DNA of 64,000 nucleotides from Fonticula alba ATCC 38817 (Eukaryota; Protista; Nucleariida). The position numbers and the translations under genes are program-made. Where the stretch lies: the NCBI GenBank assembly GCA_000388065.2, contig KB932210.1; one strand, 5' to 3'. Positions 47,501 through 60,716 of this stretch are shown here, in pieces (the stretch's first letter is position 1; each line of letters starts with the position of its first letter). The notes beneath the pieces were generated by a model. The model was not told the DNA's origin. It saw nothing but the letters and a program-made list of their open reading frames with translations, and did no database searches.

Positions 47501-50500
47501 GACGGCCCTGCGCCGGGGCTGCTCCGGGCCTCGGCGGCGGTCATGCCGATGGGCGGCCAGGCCGGCGGCCCGGGCGGGTCCAGCTCGTCCGCCCCCGGGG
47601 GCCTGGCCGTCCGGCGGAGTGGCGCCCCTGCCCCGGGGCCGGCCCTGGAAGCGGCGCTCATCCTGGCACACGAGGGCCTGGCCTCCGGGGCCATGGTGGT
47701 CTCGCTGCAGGATGACCCCTGCCCGGAGGGGACGTACGGCCCGGCGTGCGAGGCCTGCGCCGCCGGGTGCACCCGGTGCACCGGGCCCCATGCGTCGGAC
47801 TGCACCGCATGCAAGCACTGGCTGCCCGGCCACGAGTCCATGTGCCTGGCCGAATGCACCGGGCCCACCAGGCCGACCCCGGGCGCCATCGACTGCAAGT
47901 GCGACACCTCCTGCAAGCAGTGCATGCCCATCTCGCTGTCCGGCAGCCACTGGGCTTCCTGCACCGAGTGCCAGCCGGGGTATGCGCTGAGCTCGCCGAC
48001 GGGCGAGGCCGGCCCGCCGGCCAGGGCTCTCGAGTGTGCCCGCTGCCATGATACCTGTGAAACATGCTCGCATGCGGACGACCGCCGCATGTGCACCAGC
48101 TGCAAGCAGGGCGCCTTCCTGTTCGGGGGCGCTTGCGAGGGCCAATGCCCGGACTTCTTCTTCGGCGATGTGGCCAGCCGCTCCTGCCAGCCCTGCCTGG
48201 AAAACTGTGCCGCCTGTGCGGACGACTCCAAGTGCGGCACCTGTGCTGCGGGATTCTACCTGGATGACTTGCACACCGCCTGCATCGCTTGCGATGCCAC
48301 CTGCAGCACATGCGCCGGACCTGGCGCCTGCTCCGCATGCCGGCCCGGGCTGGTCTTCCTGGAGGCCGATGACCAAGTCGACTCGCTGTGTGGCGGCGCC
48401 TGCCCCCCGGGCGAGTATGCCGGCGACACGCGCTGCACCAAGTGCCACGAAACGTGCGCCCTGTGCGCCGGCGACGCGGGGTCCTGCCAGGTGTGTGCCG
48501 ACCGCCACCGCTGGCAGGCAGGCCGCCCGGCGCCGGGGGCCACGGCCCCCTGCGTGCCATGCCCGGCTGGCTGCGCCTCGTGCACCGACAAGCTGTGCCT
48601 CTCCTGCGAGCCGGACCTCTACCTCACGCACCTGGGCGAATGTTTGGGCACTTGCTCGGGGGGCACCTTCGCCGATGACGACACGGCCACCTGCCAGCCG
48701 TGCGACGTCAGCTGCGCCGCGTGCGCCGGCGGCCGGGCCGACCAGTGCACCGGCTGCTCGCCGGGGCTGGATCGCGTGCCGGCCGACGCCCCGGCCTTCG
48801 CCTGCAAGTCCCCCTGCCCGGAGGCCCAGTATCGCGACCCCCTCTCGGAGGCATGTCTCCCCTGCGACCCGGCTTGCGCCACGTGCAATGGGCCGTCCGA
48901 TGGCGACTGCTGGCGCTGCACCGAGCCCGACAAGGTGCTCCAGGGTGGCAGGTGCGTGCAGGCGTGCGCCGAGCGGCACGTGGCCCAGGCCGGCCGGTGC
49001 CTGCCCTGCCACGCGTCCTGCCGGGCGTGCTCCGGCATCCGGAGCACCGACTGCGTGGACGCCTGCCCGGCGGACCTGCTGGCCCTGCCGGCCGGGGCGT
49101 CGCCCATGCGCTGCGTGGCCGGCTGCCCGGTGGGCTACAACGCCGGCCATGCGGGATGCTCCGAGTGCGTGTCGCACTGTGTCCGGTGCTCGGCCTCGGT
49201 GGACACCTGCGACATGTGCGAGCGAGGGTGGTTCCTCGGTGGGTCGGCCTGCGTCGGGTCCTGCCCGGCCAACACCTCGCCCCAAGGGGGCCTCTGCATT
49301 GACTGCCACAAGGCCTGCTTGACCTGCTTCGGCACCCAGGCCAACCAGTGTGCCACCTGCCAGAGCGAGACGCCCTTCCTGGTGGATGGGGCCTGCTTGG
49401 CGGCCTGCCCGGATGGGACCTTCCAGGATGGGCCAAGCTGCCTGCCCTGCCATGGCAGCTGCGGCACCTGCTCCGGGCCCGGGGCCGGGGAGTGCCTGGC
49501 CTGCCCGGCCGGTCGGGCCATGCTCGACGGGTCGTGCGTCGGCAAGTGCCCGAGCAGCCACTTTGAGGACGCCGGCCAGGCCGCCGGGAGCGTGTGCCGG
49601 CCGTGTGCTGCCTCGTGCGCCAGTTGCGCCGGGCCCGACGCCGACGAGTGCACCTCGTGCCATGGCATCGACCTGCTCTTCGAGGGCCGGTGTGTGGACG
49701 AGTGTCCCGCGGGGACCTTCGGCTGCAGTGCCTCCGGCCGGTGCGACCCCTGCGACGCCCGGTGCGCCGAGTGCACGCTGGCCGCCCACCTGGGGGACCG
49801 CTGCACCGCCGACTGCCACACCTGCAGGGCGGGCTTCGTCCTGTCGCCCTCGACGCACACCTGCGACGTGGCCTGCCCGGCGGGCGAGTTCACGCCGGAC
49901 TCGGTCCTGTGCGCCGCCTGCGACGCCGACTGCCGGTCGTGCCACGGGCAGGCCAATGCCTGCACCTCCTGCGCGGACGCCTCGCGGTGGCTGCTGGTCG
50001 ATGGGGCCGCCTGCGTGAGCAGCTGCCCGGGGGAGAAGTTCGCCGCGGCGGAGTTCCCCTCGGCGCCCTTCCCCGCGCCGACCCGGGTGTGCCTGTCCTG
50101 CGCGCCGGGGTGCCTGCGGTGCGAGGCCGGCCCCGGGCTGGNNNNNNNNNNNNNNNNNNNNNNNNNNNNNNNNNNNNNNNNNNNNNNNNNNNNNNNNNNN
50201 NNNNNNNNNNNNNNNNNNNNNNNNNNNNNNNNNNNNNNNNNNNNNNNNNNNNNNNNNNNNNNNNNNNNNNNNNNNNNNNNNNNNNNNNNNNNNNNNNNNN
50301 NNNNNNNNNNNNNNNNNNNNNNNNNNNNNNNNNNNNNNNNNNNNNNNNNNNNNNNNNNNNNNNNNNNNNNNNNNNNNNNNNNNNNNNNNNNNNNNNNNNN
50401 NNNNNNNNNNNNNNNNNNNNNNNNNNNNNNNNNNNNNNNNNNNNNNNNNNNNNNNNNNNNNNNNNNNNNNNNNNNNNNNNNNNNNNNNNNNNNNNNNNNN

Positions 50501-51463
50501 NNNNNNNNNNNNNNNNNNNNNNNNNNNNNNNNNNNNNNNNNNNNNNNNNNNNNNNNNNNNNNNNNNNNNNNNNNNNNNNNNNNNNNNNNNNNNNNNNNNN
50601 NNNNNNNNNNNNNNNNNNNNNNNNNNNNNNNNNNNNNNNNNNNNNNNNNNNNNNNNNNNNNNNNNNNNNNNNNNNNNNNNNNNNNNNNNNNNNNNNNNNN
50701 NNNNNNNNNNNNNGTGGCCATCAAGCAGCTGAAGGCCGCGCGCATGACCCCGGCCCAGGTGACCCTCTTCCAGAACGAGGTGGCCCTGATGTGGCTGCTG
50801 CGCGACGCGCCGAACGTCGTCCGGCTGTACGGCTACAGCGACCAGCCGCCGGCCATCGTGATGGAGCGCTACCAGACGGACCTGGCCACGCTGCTGCACT
50901 CGGACGTCCCCCTGGACCAGGCCACCATCTTGGACATCGTGCAGCAGTGGGCCTCCGGGCTGGAGGCCATGCACGCGCAGGGCATCGCCCACCGGGACCT
51001 GAAGCCGGCCAATGTCTTCGTCAGCCAGCACGCCGCGGGCGCCTGGATCGCGGCCCTCGGCGACCTGGGCACCTCGCGCAACCTCAGCACCGACCGGTCG
51101 TCGGCCCTGGTGAACCAGGCGCCGGAGCTGAATGCCCTGACCGGGCGCTACGCCGCGCCCGAGGTCCTGGCCGCCTTCCACCGGAAGCGCCCGCTGGAGT
51201 CGGAGCTCCTGCTCCCGGCGGACATCTACTCCGCGGCCGTCATGCTGTGGGAGTGCCTGGCCCGGGCCATTCCCTGGCACGGGTGCACCTTCGACCAGAT
51301 TTCGGCCCAGGTCCTGTCCGGGGTCCGCCCCCCGGCGGACGGCCTCCACGGGCCGCTGGCGGACCTGCTCCACATGGCCTGGGACTCGAATGGCCACACC
51401 CGGCCGCCGGCCGCCGCCCTCCGGCAGAAGGCCGCCATGGCCGCCCTCTCGGCTGATCGGTGA
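44597..51463 (+). CDS. RK7: receptor kinase (TM region lies in gap 50142-50713)
   Basis: MPERRASAWLAPMLLALALLWGWF signal peptide (alternative ATG at 44567). Exon 1 ends 45914; intron 45915-46151 (GTATGT..TAG, phase 1); exon 2 from 46152. Kinase resumes at 50714 (VAIKQLK, HRDLKPAN, DLG, APE); stop at 51463. Confidence 0.88.
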
Positions 51464-51787
51464 GACATGGCGGCCCATGTCGCACGTCCTCCCGGGGGCT
51501 CCCTTTTCCCCGGCAAGGCAGGCGCCCCTCCCGGCGCGCGGCCGGGCCATTTCCGGCAATACAACACTCATACGTGCCCTTTTTCGCATCCCCGCACGTG
51601 CCCCGGGCGTGATCGCAGTTCACACCTTGAGCCGGTTATGCCGAGTGAAAGATGAGGGGGTGATCTCAGAGACCTTGGGGCTGAGAGAGGCGGATTTGGT
51701 AAAATGAAGGGAAAGAATGAAGCATATATATCCCCGAATCTTTAACTACATCAGGTGATGTGCGTTACACACCTTTCCCGCCCCGCA

Positions 51788-52002
51788 CCGTGAAGCGACG
51801 CGGCCCCCGGGCGGGATCGGGCAAAGCGCGAGCAAGCGCGGCGACGTGGATAGCGGCTGCGAGGGATACCCCGCAACAGGCACCCATGCAGGAGCATCGG
51901 CAAAAGAGGCCGGAGGCCGCGGCCTCCCTCGTCGGGGCTGAGGCACTCCCGCAAGCGTTGGCAGTCATTTGGTATCACATGCTGCGTCACGAGCAGGGCG
52001 TT
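51788..52002 (+). promoter_or_regulatory. Conserved upstream element, copy upstream of RK8
   Basis: TCGGGCAA 51817, ATGCAGGAGCATCGG 51886, imperfect hairpin GCCGCGGCCT..GGGCTGAGGC, CAAGCGTTGG 51952, ATCACATG, TCACGAGCAGGGCGTT. Confidence 0.6.
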
Positions 52003-52390
52003 GCGTGCAGCTCACGCGCGGGCGCCGCCGCCCGAGGCGGGCCGAGACAAAATACGCGAGGGCGAGGGCGGAGAGGGCGAGGGCATAGCCGGCCCCCTGG
52101 GGGCCAGGAGGGCGGAGCCCGCTTGCCCGCCGGCCGCCCTTGCCGAGGACACGGGGCACCATCCGGCCGGGACCCGACACCCCTCACACGGGGCTCGCTT
52201 CGGGGCGCGCGGGACCGCACGGGGCCCAGACCCGGTCCAGAAGCGGCGGGGCCCTGCGATCCGGCGGGGCATCTGCGCGCGTCCGTGTCCACGATCGCCG
52301 CCGCCGCCGCCCCGTCTGCCACGCGACTGGGCCCGGCCCAGGGTGGCCTCGGCATTGCCACCGGCCGGGCAGGGGCCGATGCCAGCCGGC

Positions 52391-52409
52391 TGGGGGGGGG
52401 GGGGCGGGG

Positions 52410-52445
<36 letters not shown>
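52391..52445. repeat. Long poly-G tract upstream of RK8, followed by a C-run
   Basis: ~50 nt of almost pure G, then C14 at ~52467-52480. Confidence 0.85.
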
Positions 52446-52448
<3 letters not shown>

Positions 52449-52707
52449 AAGCACGACCAGGGGGACCCCCCCCCCCCCCCCGCCCCTCGTCCGGGAGGCC
52501 CATTCACCTGGCGGCACGGCGCTTCCGGGCCGTGCGGAGAGGCCGCCCCACAAGCCCGACCCTCAGCCCCCCGCCCCCTCTCGCCACGCCTTCTTTTTCC
52601 CTCGCGCCCCCCCCCCCCTCCCCCCCTCGCCCTCGCCCTCGCCCTCTCCGGAGCCCGTCCTCCCTGGCCCCCCTTCCACGGCACTTGCTGTTACGCCGCG
52701 GGCCTCT

Positions 52708-55700
52708 ATGACCATGGGCCTGCGCACCGTGGGCGCTTGGCGGCCGCCACGGCCATGGCCGGTGCCGCTGCTGCTGCTGCTGCCGCTGCTGCTGCCGCTG
52801 CTGCTGCTGGCCGCCGGCTGCTGGGGCCCAGCGGCCCGGGCATCGCCCACGTCGGCCCTGGAGGATGGCGCCGGGCCGGGCCTCGACCTGGCCGGCCTGT
52901 CCCGGCACCTGGGGAGTCTCCCCTGGCAGGGCGCCCCGGCGCCGGTCCGGCCGCTCGCCAGCAATCCCCCGCTGCCGTACAGCCAGACCCCGAGCCCCCT
53001 GTTCGAGCATTACAATCCCAACGCGGTGGTGGGCTTCTTCACCAGTGGGCTGGGCTTCCATCGTAGCCAGCTGGCCCTGCCGGGGCCCGAGGGCCTGGTG
53101 ATCGTCCACGGGCAGGCGGATTTGCTGTTCAGCCTGAATGGCGACTCCCGCTCCGGGTCGCTGCTGCGCGGTGCCCCGCTGGCGATGCTGGGGGCCCACC
53201 TTTCCCCGGCATTGTCCGGGTCTTGGAAAATGCTGGTGGCCGAAGGCCAGCAGGGGGCCGAGCTGATCGCCCTGTCACCCGGCCAGGTGGGCCACTTTCG
53301 CAACAACCAGTGGCATCTGGCCAGCTTCTCGACGGCCGTCACATACCTCGCGCACGGGGTTCCCCACCAGGGCGCCGTCCATCTGCTGATGCACCAGCCG
53401 CTGACCCAGGGCCTGGAGCTTCGCTACCTCTCGACCACCAGCACCGTCAAGCACTTTGCGTTTGCCACCCCGGCCGGGGCCACGCCTCGGGCCATCCTCG
53501 ACCGGTCGGGCTACTTCCTGGTCTGGCACCAAGCGACGCTGGCCATTTTCCATGTGGATTCCCCCCCCGGCGCCGGGCCCACCTGGTCGACCACCCTCGC
53601 GGAGCCCCTCGGCGACCTGGTGTCCCTGCCGGTGTCGGGGAATTCCAACAACGGCCTGGTGTCCATCTTTGACAGTGGCGCCATCTATGTGTGTCCGGAC
53701 TTTGTGAGCGGCGGGTGCAATGACACCTGGCAGGTGGACCTGTCCGGGGCCGGGCTCCCGCCAGGCGCCCGGCTGCGCGCCCACGGGTCGCCTCACATCA
53801 GTCTCGAGCCCACGACCCCGGTAAGGTGGATGCTCCTGCGCGACGAGGTGTCCGGGCGCCTGTTCAGCCTCTCCCTGGTCAGGGGCGACGCGCTGCCGCT
53901 CACCGAGCTGGTCATGCCGGCCGGGGCCCCGGCCTCGGCCTCGCTGCGGCCCTTCCTCACGGCCACCGGGTCGACCTCAGCCACATGGGGCCTGACCGAT
54001 GGCTGGGAGCTGCTCCTGCCGAATCACTTCTTCTGCTCCGGCGACCCCACCATCCTGTGTGCCATGCAAAGCCACTCGTCCCTGCCGAGGGGCTTCTCCT
54101 GCGCCGCGTCTCGCGGCCTGTCGCTCTTGAACTTCCCCGGCGCGCTGTGCGGCGGCTGTGCCGACGGCATGGCCATGGGGGCCGATCCCAGCGCCGCGGC
54201 CCGTATGTCCTTTCCTCACCCGCGCGTCGTCGCCCACGCGCGCCCGGTGTCCCCCCCCCCCCCCCCCTCGCCCTGGGCTTCCTTCCTGCCGGCCACGCGC
54301 CGGAGCTAACCCTGCCTTGCGCCCGCGCCCGCGCCCGTCCCCGCCGGCCCCACGCCGAAGCCTGCACAACCTGCCCCATGGAGAAGTGCAGCGTGTGCGC
54401 CGGCTCCTCCTGCCTCGTGTGCTCGGACACACACTTCTTGCTGGTCGACCCGCAAACCGGCGTCGGCTCGTGCGTGGCCGCCTGCCCGCCGGGCACCGAG
54501 CCACAGCCGGGGGCTTCCCGGTGCATGCGCCCGGAAAATGCCCCCCTGCCGGCTCTGCCGACGGTCGCGCACCAGCTCAGCCCGCTGGTGCTGGACCCGT
54601 CGGACCCGGGCCCGCCGGCCATCCTGTCGATCCTGCCCTCGCGCCTGCATGTGTCCAACGGCGTGTGCCTATTCCACCCGACCGGCGTGACCGCCGAGCA
54701 GCTGCTCGGCAATGCGGTCCTCTTCCGGTCGGGCGGCGCTGCGCCCCTGTGGCTTCGGCCGGACCCCAGCAGCCCGGGATCCCTGCTGTCGAGCCAGATG
54801 CCCTGCTCGATTGTCCCGGTGTCCGGGGTGGAGCTCACATCGGCGGTGGAGGTGCCCCCGGTCGTGGACGCCCACGGTACGGCCACGATCCATGTGCTGG
54901 CCTGTGACCGAGATGGCACCATCTACCTGTCCTCCTTCACTTGTCCCAACTCGGGTGCGGCGCAGGGCTGTCTCCTGGTGCTGGCCGCCGTGCCGAAGGT
55001 GCTGTCCGGGCTCGGTTGCGTCGAGGTGGCTCTGCTGGGCGACAGCCTGGCCGCCTTGCGCTTGGCCAGCGGCGATGTCTCGCTGTTCCAATTCGCCCCC
55101 TCGGTCGATGACACATTGGAGGCCGTCCTGCCCGGGGTCTCCTGGCTACCGGTGCTCTTTCCCGGGGTCCGGGGCTGGACCGGGCCCAGCTCGCCCGCCG
55201 GGTGGGTGTTCCAGCCGCCAAGCCAGCCACTCGGCCTGCCAACCGGCGTCCTGTACCCGCTGGATCTCCTGATGGGCAAGGACCCGCGCGCCCAGGCCAC
55301 CAAGCGCTGGGGGGCCCTGCGCGCGCGGCAATCGCCCCACAGCCCGGGCCTCGCAGATCTGGAGCCGGTCCTGCTGGCGGGCGTTCGCCCGGCCGGGGCC
55401 ACCCCGGCCTCCCCTCCGACCGGGGAGTTTTTCCTCTCCGGAATGCACTACGACGCCACTCTGCAGTGGGTTTGGACGGTGGCGCACCCGCCCTTCGGGG
55501 CTCACTACACCGGCCGCACATCGGCCATCCCGTACAATGTGGAAATCCTCGGGCGGATCTCCGGGCCGAGCCCGCTCTTCGACGGGCTCCCCTACCGGAC
55601 CCTGCCCGTGGTGCTGTCCTGGTCGGAGGAGCTCCCCGGGGCGCTGGTTCTCCTGACCCCCAGGGTCCTGGGCGTGGCGCTGGTCCAGTGTGATGGGTCT

Positions 55701-58700
55701 TCCGGGTGGGTGTGCCGGCTGCTGCCGGCCCAGTTTTTCGCCCTGCCCTCGGAAATCCCGGGCAATTTGTCGCACGTCGCCCTGCTGCCAGTGGCGCATG
55801 CTCCGGCCCCGGCCGGGCTGGCCGCCACCGGCCACCAGCCGGCAAGCGCGCGCGGCTCCGCCAGCCACGTCCCCACGTCCACGGTGCTGCTCATGGCCAA
55901 GGGCCTGGACGCGCCTCTGGTGCTGACCCTGAGCGAGCACCGGTGCCCGGTGGGCACCTTCGGCCCGGCATGCGCCGACTGCAGCCCCGGGTGCGCCAGC
56001 TGCACGGGCCCGGCCCCGGCCGAGTGCCTCGCCTGCCGGCACTGGCTCCCCGGCTGGGAGTCCGAGTGTCTGCCAGCCTGCGATGGGCTGGCCGTGCCGA
56101 TCCCCGGCCGAGCGGACTGCGCTTGTAGCGACGTGTGCGCCCGGTGCGAGGTTGTCTCGGTGGCCGGCACCAATGTGGCCTCCTGCGCCGAGTGTAACCC
56201 CGGCTGGGCGCCGCCCCCCCCGGCGGGGTCCCCCTCGGCGGTGCCCTGCCAGCAGTGTGCTCCCTCCTGCGGGGAATGCTCGCTGCCGGGCGATGCCGGC
56301 CGCTGCACCGCCTGCCTGGAAGATACGTACCTGCACCTGGGCCAGTGCCTGGCCGCCTGCCCGGTGGGCTTTGTCCCGGACCCGGCCCGGCAGGAGTGTC
56401 GCCCCTGCCCGAGCGGCTGCCTGGAGTGCTCTGCCGAGGGGACCTGCTCGCGCTGTGCCCCGTCGCTCTTCTGGGACAGCCCCAGCCTGCGGTGCAGCCC
56501 GTGCCATGGGTCGTGCGCCGAATGTCGCAGCCATGCCTCCTGCACCGCCTGCCGGCCGGGGCTGGTGTTCCTGGCGACCGAGCCGGGCCTGGAGTCCCTG
56601 TGCGGGAGTGTCTGCGGCCCGGGCGAGTATGTCGGGGCTGGCCGGTGCGCCGTGTGCGATGCCTCCTGCGCCCTGTGCGCCGGCAGCGCCGCCGCCTGCC
56701 AGGTGTGCGCGGCTGGCTTCCGCTGGACGGCGAGCCCGCCGGCGGCCGGCGGCACCGGGTCCTGCACGGCCTGCGCGGCCGGGTGCTCCTCCTGCACGGC
56801 GGCCCGCTGCCTGGCCTGCGAGGATGGCCTGCTCCTCGATCGCCAGGGCGCATGCGTGTCGGCCTGCCCGGCCGGCACATACGCCACCGACGAGTCGTGC
56901 CAGCCGTGCGACGTCAGCTGCGCCGCGTGCGCCGGCGGCCGGGCCGACCAGTGCACCGGCTGCGGGGCCGGGCTGGAGCTCGTCGAGGTGGGCCCGGCCG
57001 TGGGCACCTGCGAGTCCAACTGCCTCGAGGGCCAGTACCGGGACACGAGCTCCAACGCGTGCACGGACTGCCACGCCGCGTGCGCCACCTGCAACGGCCC
57101 GTCCGACAAGGACTGCTGGCGGTGCCGGGATGCCGTGCTGCAGGATGCCGACTGCGTGCAGGTGTGCGCGGCCAGGCACGTGGCCCTGGCCGGGCGGTGC
57201 CTGCCCTGCCATGCGTCGTGCGAGCAGTGCGCCGGGGTCCGGAGCACCGACTGCACCGCCTGCCCGGGGGAGCTGCGGGCCCTGCCGGCCGGGGCGTCGC
57301 CCATGCGCTGCGTGGCCGGCTGCCCGGTGGGCTACCACACCGGCGGGGCCGGGTGCGCCAAGTGCGGCGACCGGTGCACCAGCTGCCCCGCGGCGGCCGA
57401 CACATGCGCCCTGTGCGACCGGGGCTTTCTGCTGGGCGCCGGCGCCTGCGGGACCAGCTGCCCGGCCGGGTCCTCGCCGCAGGGGGGGCTGTGCACCACC
57501 TGCCACAGCACCTGTGCCACCTGCTACGGCCCGGAGCCCGGCCACTGCCTCAGCTGCTCGGCCGACACGCCGCTCCTGACGGGCGGGGCCTGCTCTGCAA
57601 CCTGCCCGGATGGGACCTTCCAGGATGGGCAAAGCTGCCTGCCCTGCCATGCCACCTGTGCCGCGTGCTCCGGCCCCGGGGAAACCGAGTGCACGGTGTG
57701 CCCGGCCGACCGTGCTCTGCTGGCTGGCACGTGCCTTTCCGCCTGCCCGGCCGGCTATCACCGGGCCCCGGCCGGCGGCGGAGCCCCCAGCGACCGATGC
57801 CTCGCTTGCGATTCGTCCTGCCGCGAGTGCAGCGGCACCGGCAGCTCCGAGTGCACCTCGTGCCATGGCATCGACCTGCTTCTCGAGGGCCGGTGTGTGG
57901 ACGAGTGTCCCGCGGGGACCTTCGGCTGCAGTGCCTCCGGCCGGTGCGACCCCTGCGACGCCCGGTGCGCCGAGTGCACGCTGGCCGCCAACCTCGGGGA
58001 CCGCTGCACCGCCGACTGCCACACCTGCAGGGCGGGCTTCGTCCTGTCGCCCTCGACGCACACCTGCGACGTGGCCTGCCCGGCGGGCGAGTTCACGCCG
58101 GACTCGGTCCTGTGCGCCGCCTGCGACGCCGACTGCCGGTCGTGCCACGGGCAGGCCAATGCCTGCACCTCCTGCGCGGACGCCTCGCGGTGGCTGCTGC
58201 TCGATGGGGCCGCCTGCGTGAGCAGCTGCCCGGGGGAGAAGTTCGCCGCGGCGGAGTTCCCCTCGGCGCCCTTCCCCGCGCCGGCCCGGGTGTGCCTGTC
58301 CTGCGCGCCGGGGTGCCTGCGGTGCGAGGCCGGCCCCGGGCTGGCGGCCTGCTCCCTGGCCGCGGACGGGCTGCTGGCCTGCCCGGAGGCGGACGTCTGC
58401 ACGGCGTGCAACTCGCCGCTGCTGCTGCACGGGGGCCGGTGCGTGGGCGAGTGCCCGGAGGGCACGTTCGCCGACCCGGACGCCCCGACGCCGGCCTGCC
58501 TCGCCTGCCACGCGAAGTGCAAGGCGTGCACCGGGCCCGAAAGGGCCGACTGCATCGGCGGCACATCCTCCTCGCGGGGCCTCGGTACGCATGCTGCCCC
58601 TGCTTTTGTTGACACACCCTGCGCACACGCATCGCTGACCGGCGGCGCCTCGCCGGGCCTTGCCCGCATCAAACGCGCCTCGCTCGCTCGCCCCGGCTGT

Positions 58701-59961
58701 CGGACGCCAGCCCTCGGCTTGGGCATCGGCCTGAGTCTGCTGCTGCTGCTGATCCTCCTGCTGGCTGTTCTCTTCTTGTATTTGCGCTTCCGCCGCCAGC
58801 GCCGCGCCCCGGCCAAGGTGCGTTCACATGCCACCGCCTCCTCTATCCCCCCCTCCCCCTCCTCCCTGCTGGCTGAGCTGTGCCCCGCCCCCCTGACACG
58901 CCCCCGCCTGGCCGTGATAGCATCTCGATGACGAGGATGCCACCGTGCTCAACACAATCATCGGTGCGCTGCGCGTTGCCTTGCCTGCCTCTTGGTGTTG
59001 GCCCCCTTCCACCCAGCTGCGCGCGCATACTGACTCGGCGCTCCACACGGGTGCAGAAATTTCCCTCCCCGGCAGCATCCTGGTCAGCGTGGCCAATGAC
59101 TTTGCCGCCCTCAATGAGGATGCCCTGGGCGCCGGGACCCAGGCGTCGGTCTTTGCGGCGCGCGCCGTCGGGGCCGGCATCTCCGACCGGCTGGGCTGCC
59201 CGGGCACCGTGGCCATCAAGCAGCTGAAGACCGCGCGCATGACGCCCACGCAATTTTCCCTCTTCCAGAACGAGGTGGCCCTGATGTGGCTGCTGCGCGA
59301 CGCGCCGAACGTCGTCCGGCTGTACGGGTACAGCGAGCAGCCGCCGGCCATCATCATGGAGCGCTACCAGACGGATCTCGGCACGCTGCTGCACTCGGAG
59401 GTGCCGCTCGAGCAAGCGGCCCTGCTGGACATCTGCCAGCAGTGGGCCTCCGGGCTGGAGGCCATGCACGCGCAGGGCATCGCCCACTGCGACCTGAAGC
59501 CGGGCAACGTCTTTGTCAGCCAGCGCCCGGATGGCAGCTGGCGCGCGGCCCTCGGGGACCTGGGCACCTCGCGCAACCTCAGCTCCGACCGGTCGTCGGC
59601 CCTGGTGGCCCAGCCGCCGGAGCTGAATGCCCTGACCGGGCGCTACGCCGCGCCCGAGGTCCTGGCCGCCTTCCAGCGGAAGCGCCCGCTTGATCGCGAG
59701 CTCTTCCTCCCGGCGGACATCTACAGCGCGGCCGTCATGCTGTGGGAGTGCCTGGCCCGGGCTCTCCCCTGGGAGGGGGCCTCCTTCGATGAGATCGCCG
59801 CGCATGTGCTGGCCGGCGACCGGCCGGACCTGGCGCGCGCCCCCGCCGCCGGGCCCCTTGCCGACCTGCTCCACATGGCGTGGGACTCCAACGCCCCGGG
59901 CCGGCCGCTGGCCGCCTCCTTCCGGCAAAAGTGCGCCATGCAGGCGGCCCTCTGTGTCTGA
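52708..59961 (+). CDS. RK8: complete receptor kinase, ~2257 aa, non-RD (HCDLKPGN)
   Basis: Exons 52708-54202, 54361-58584, 58711-58817, 58921-58963 and 59057-59961 (sum 6774 nt = 2258 codons). Intron 1 has branch GCTAAC at ~54305. ATG 52714 (ACCATGG) is an alternative start. Confidence 0.9.
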
Positions 59962-60466
59962 CGCGCGAGCGAGGCGCCCCGGTGTGTGGCCCTAGCCGCT
60001 CGCACCCGCGCCGCCCAGCCCCACGGGGGCCTGGGCAAATACACCCCCCTCGCCTTTCGCGCCGCCCTTGTTGTGTGTACGCTGCTCGCGCATGCCGGCC
60101 CTCGCGCCCTCCCCCCCGCCCCTCTCCCGCGAGACCGAAGCAGGCGCGGCATTGGCCGCCGGGGACCGGGCGCCAGACAGGGGCATCCGCAGCCTGTCCT
60201 TGTGTCCGGGCCCCCGCCCTGGTCGGAACCGTCGGCGCGACCAACCCACCCCCATGGGCGCCCGGCACCTCGCCCCGGCTGCAGGCGCCTGCGGCCCCCT
60301 CTCCCATGCCTTGCGGCAGCACTGCCGGCCCCTGGTTACCCATTCCCCGGGCATGGGCCTCATGCTGCCGGCCACCCAGACATGGCCGGATCTGGCCCGA
60401 CGATCGGACGGCCGCATTTCACAAGACGCCCAGCGCCCCCCGCCTCGCCGGTCCGCGAGCCGCGCA

Positions 60467-60469
<3 letters not shown>

Positions 60470-60511
<42 letters not shown>
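60470..60511. repeat. (CA)n microsatellite
   Basis: About 20 pure CA units. Confidence 0.9.
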
Positions 60512-60513
<2 letters not shown>

Positions 60514-60716
60514 TTGCACCCCCCGGCAGGGGGGCCGGCTGCACGCCCGGGCCCCGGGCGGCGGAGGGAGAACCCCGCCCGCCCCGGGCGGCCGCATCGC
60601 CCCTCATTTCAAGTGAGGCGACATGCCGATGTAAATGACCGCGACATGGCCGCGAAACACAGGCCCCCTGCGGCAACTTGCCGCGGCGTTTCACTCTGCC
60701 AAAAAAAGGCGGCATG

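Noticed and set aside
47048-51589. Long antisense/alternate-frame ORFs (e.g. 47048-51589 -, 38243-41998 -, 55146-58628 -, 40-2199 +)
   Set aside because: Shadow ORFs of GC-rich, GC3-biased RK coding sequence; Ala/Gly/Arg/Pro-rich with no domain signal.
51640-51760. AT-richer stretch with CTCAG/CTGAG stem, possible snoRNA
   Set aside because: No convincing C/D or H/ACA boxes; probably RK7 3' end/terminator.
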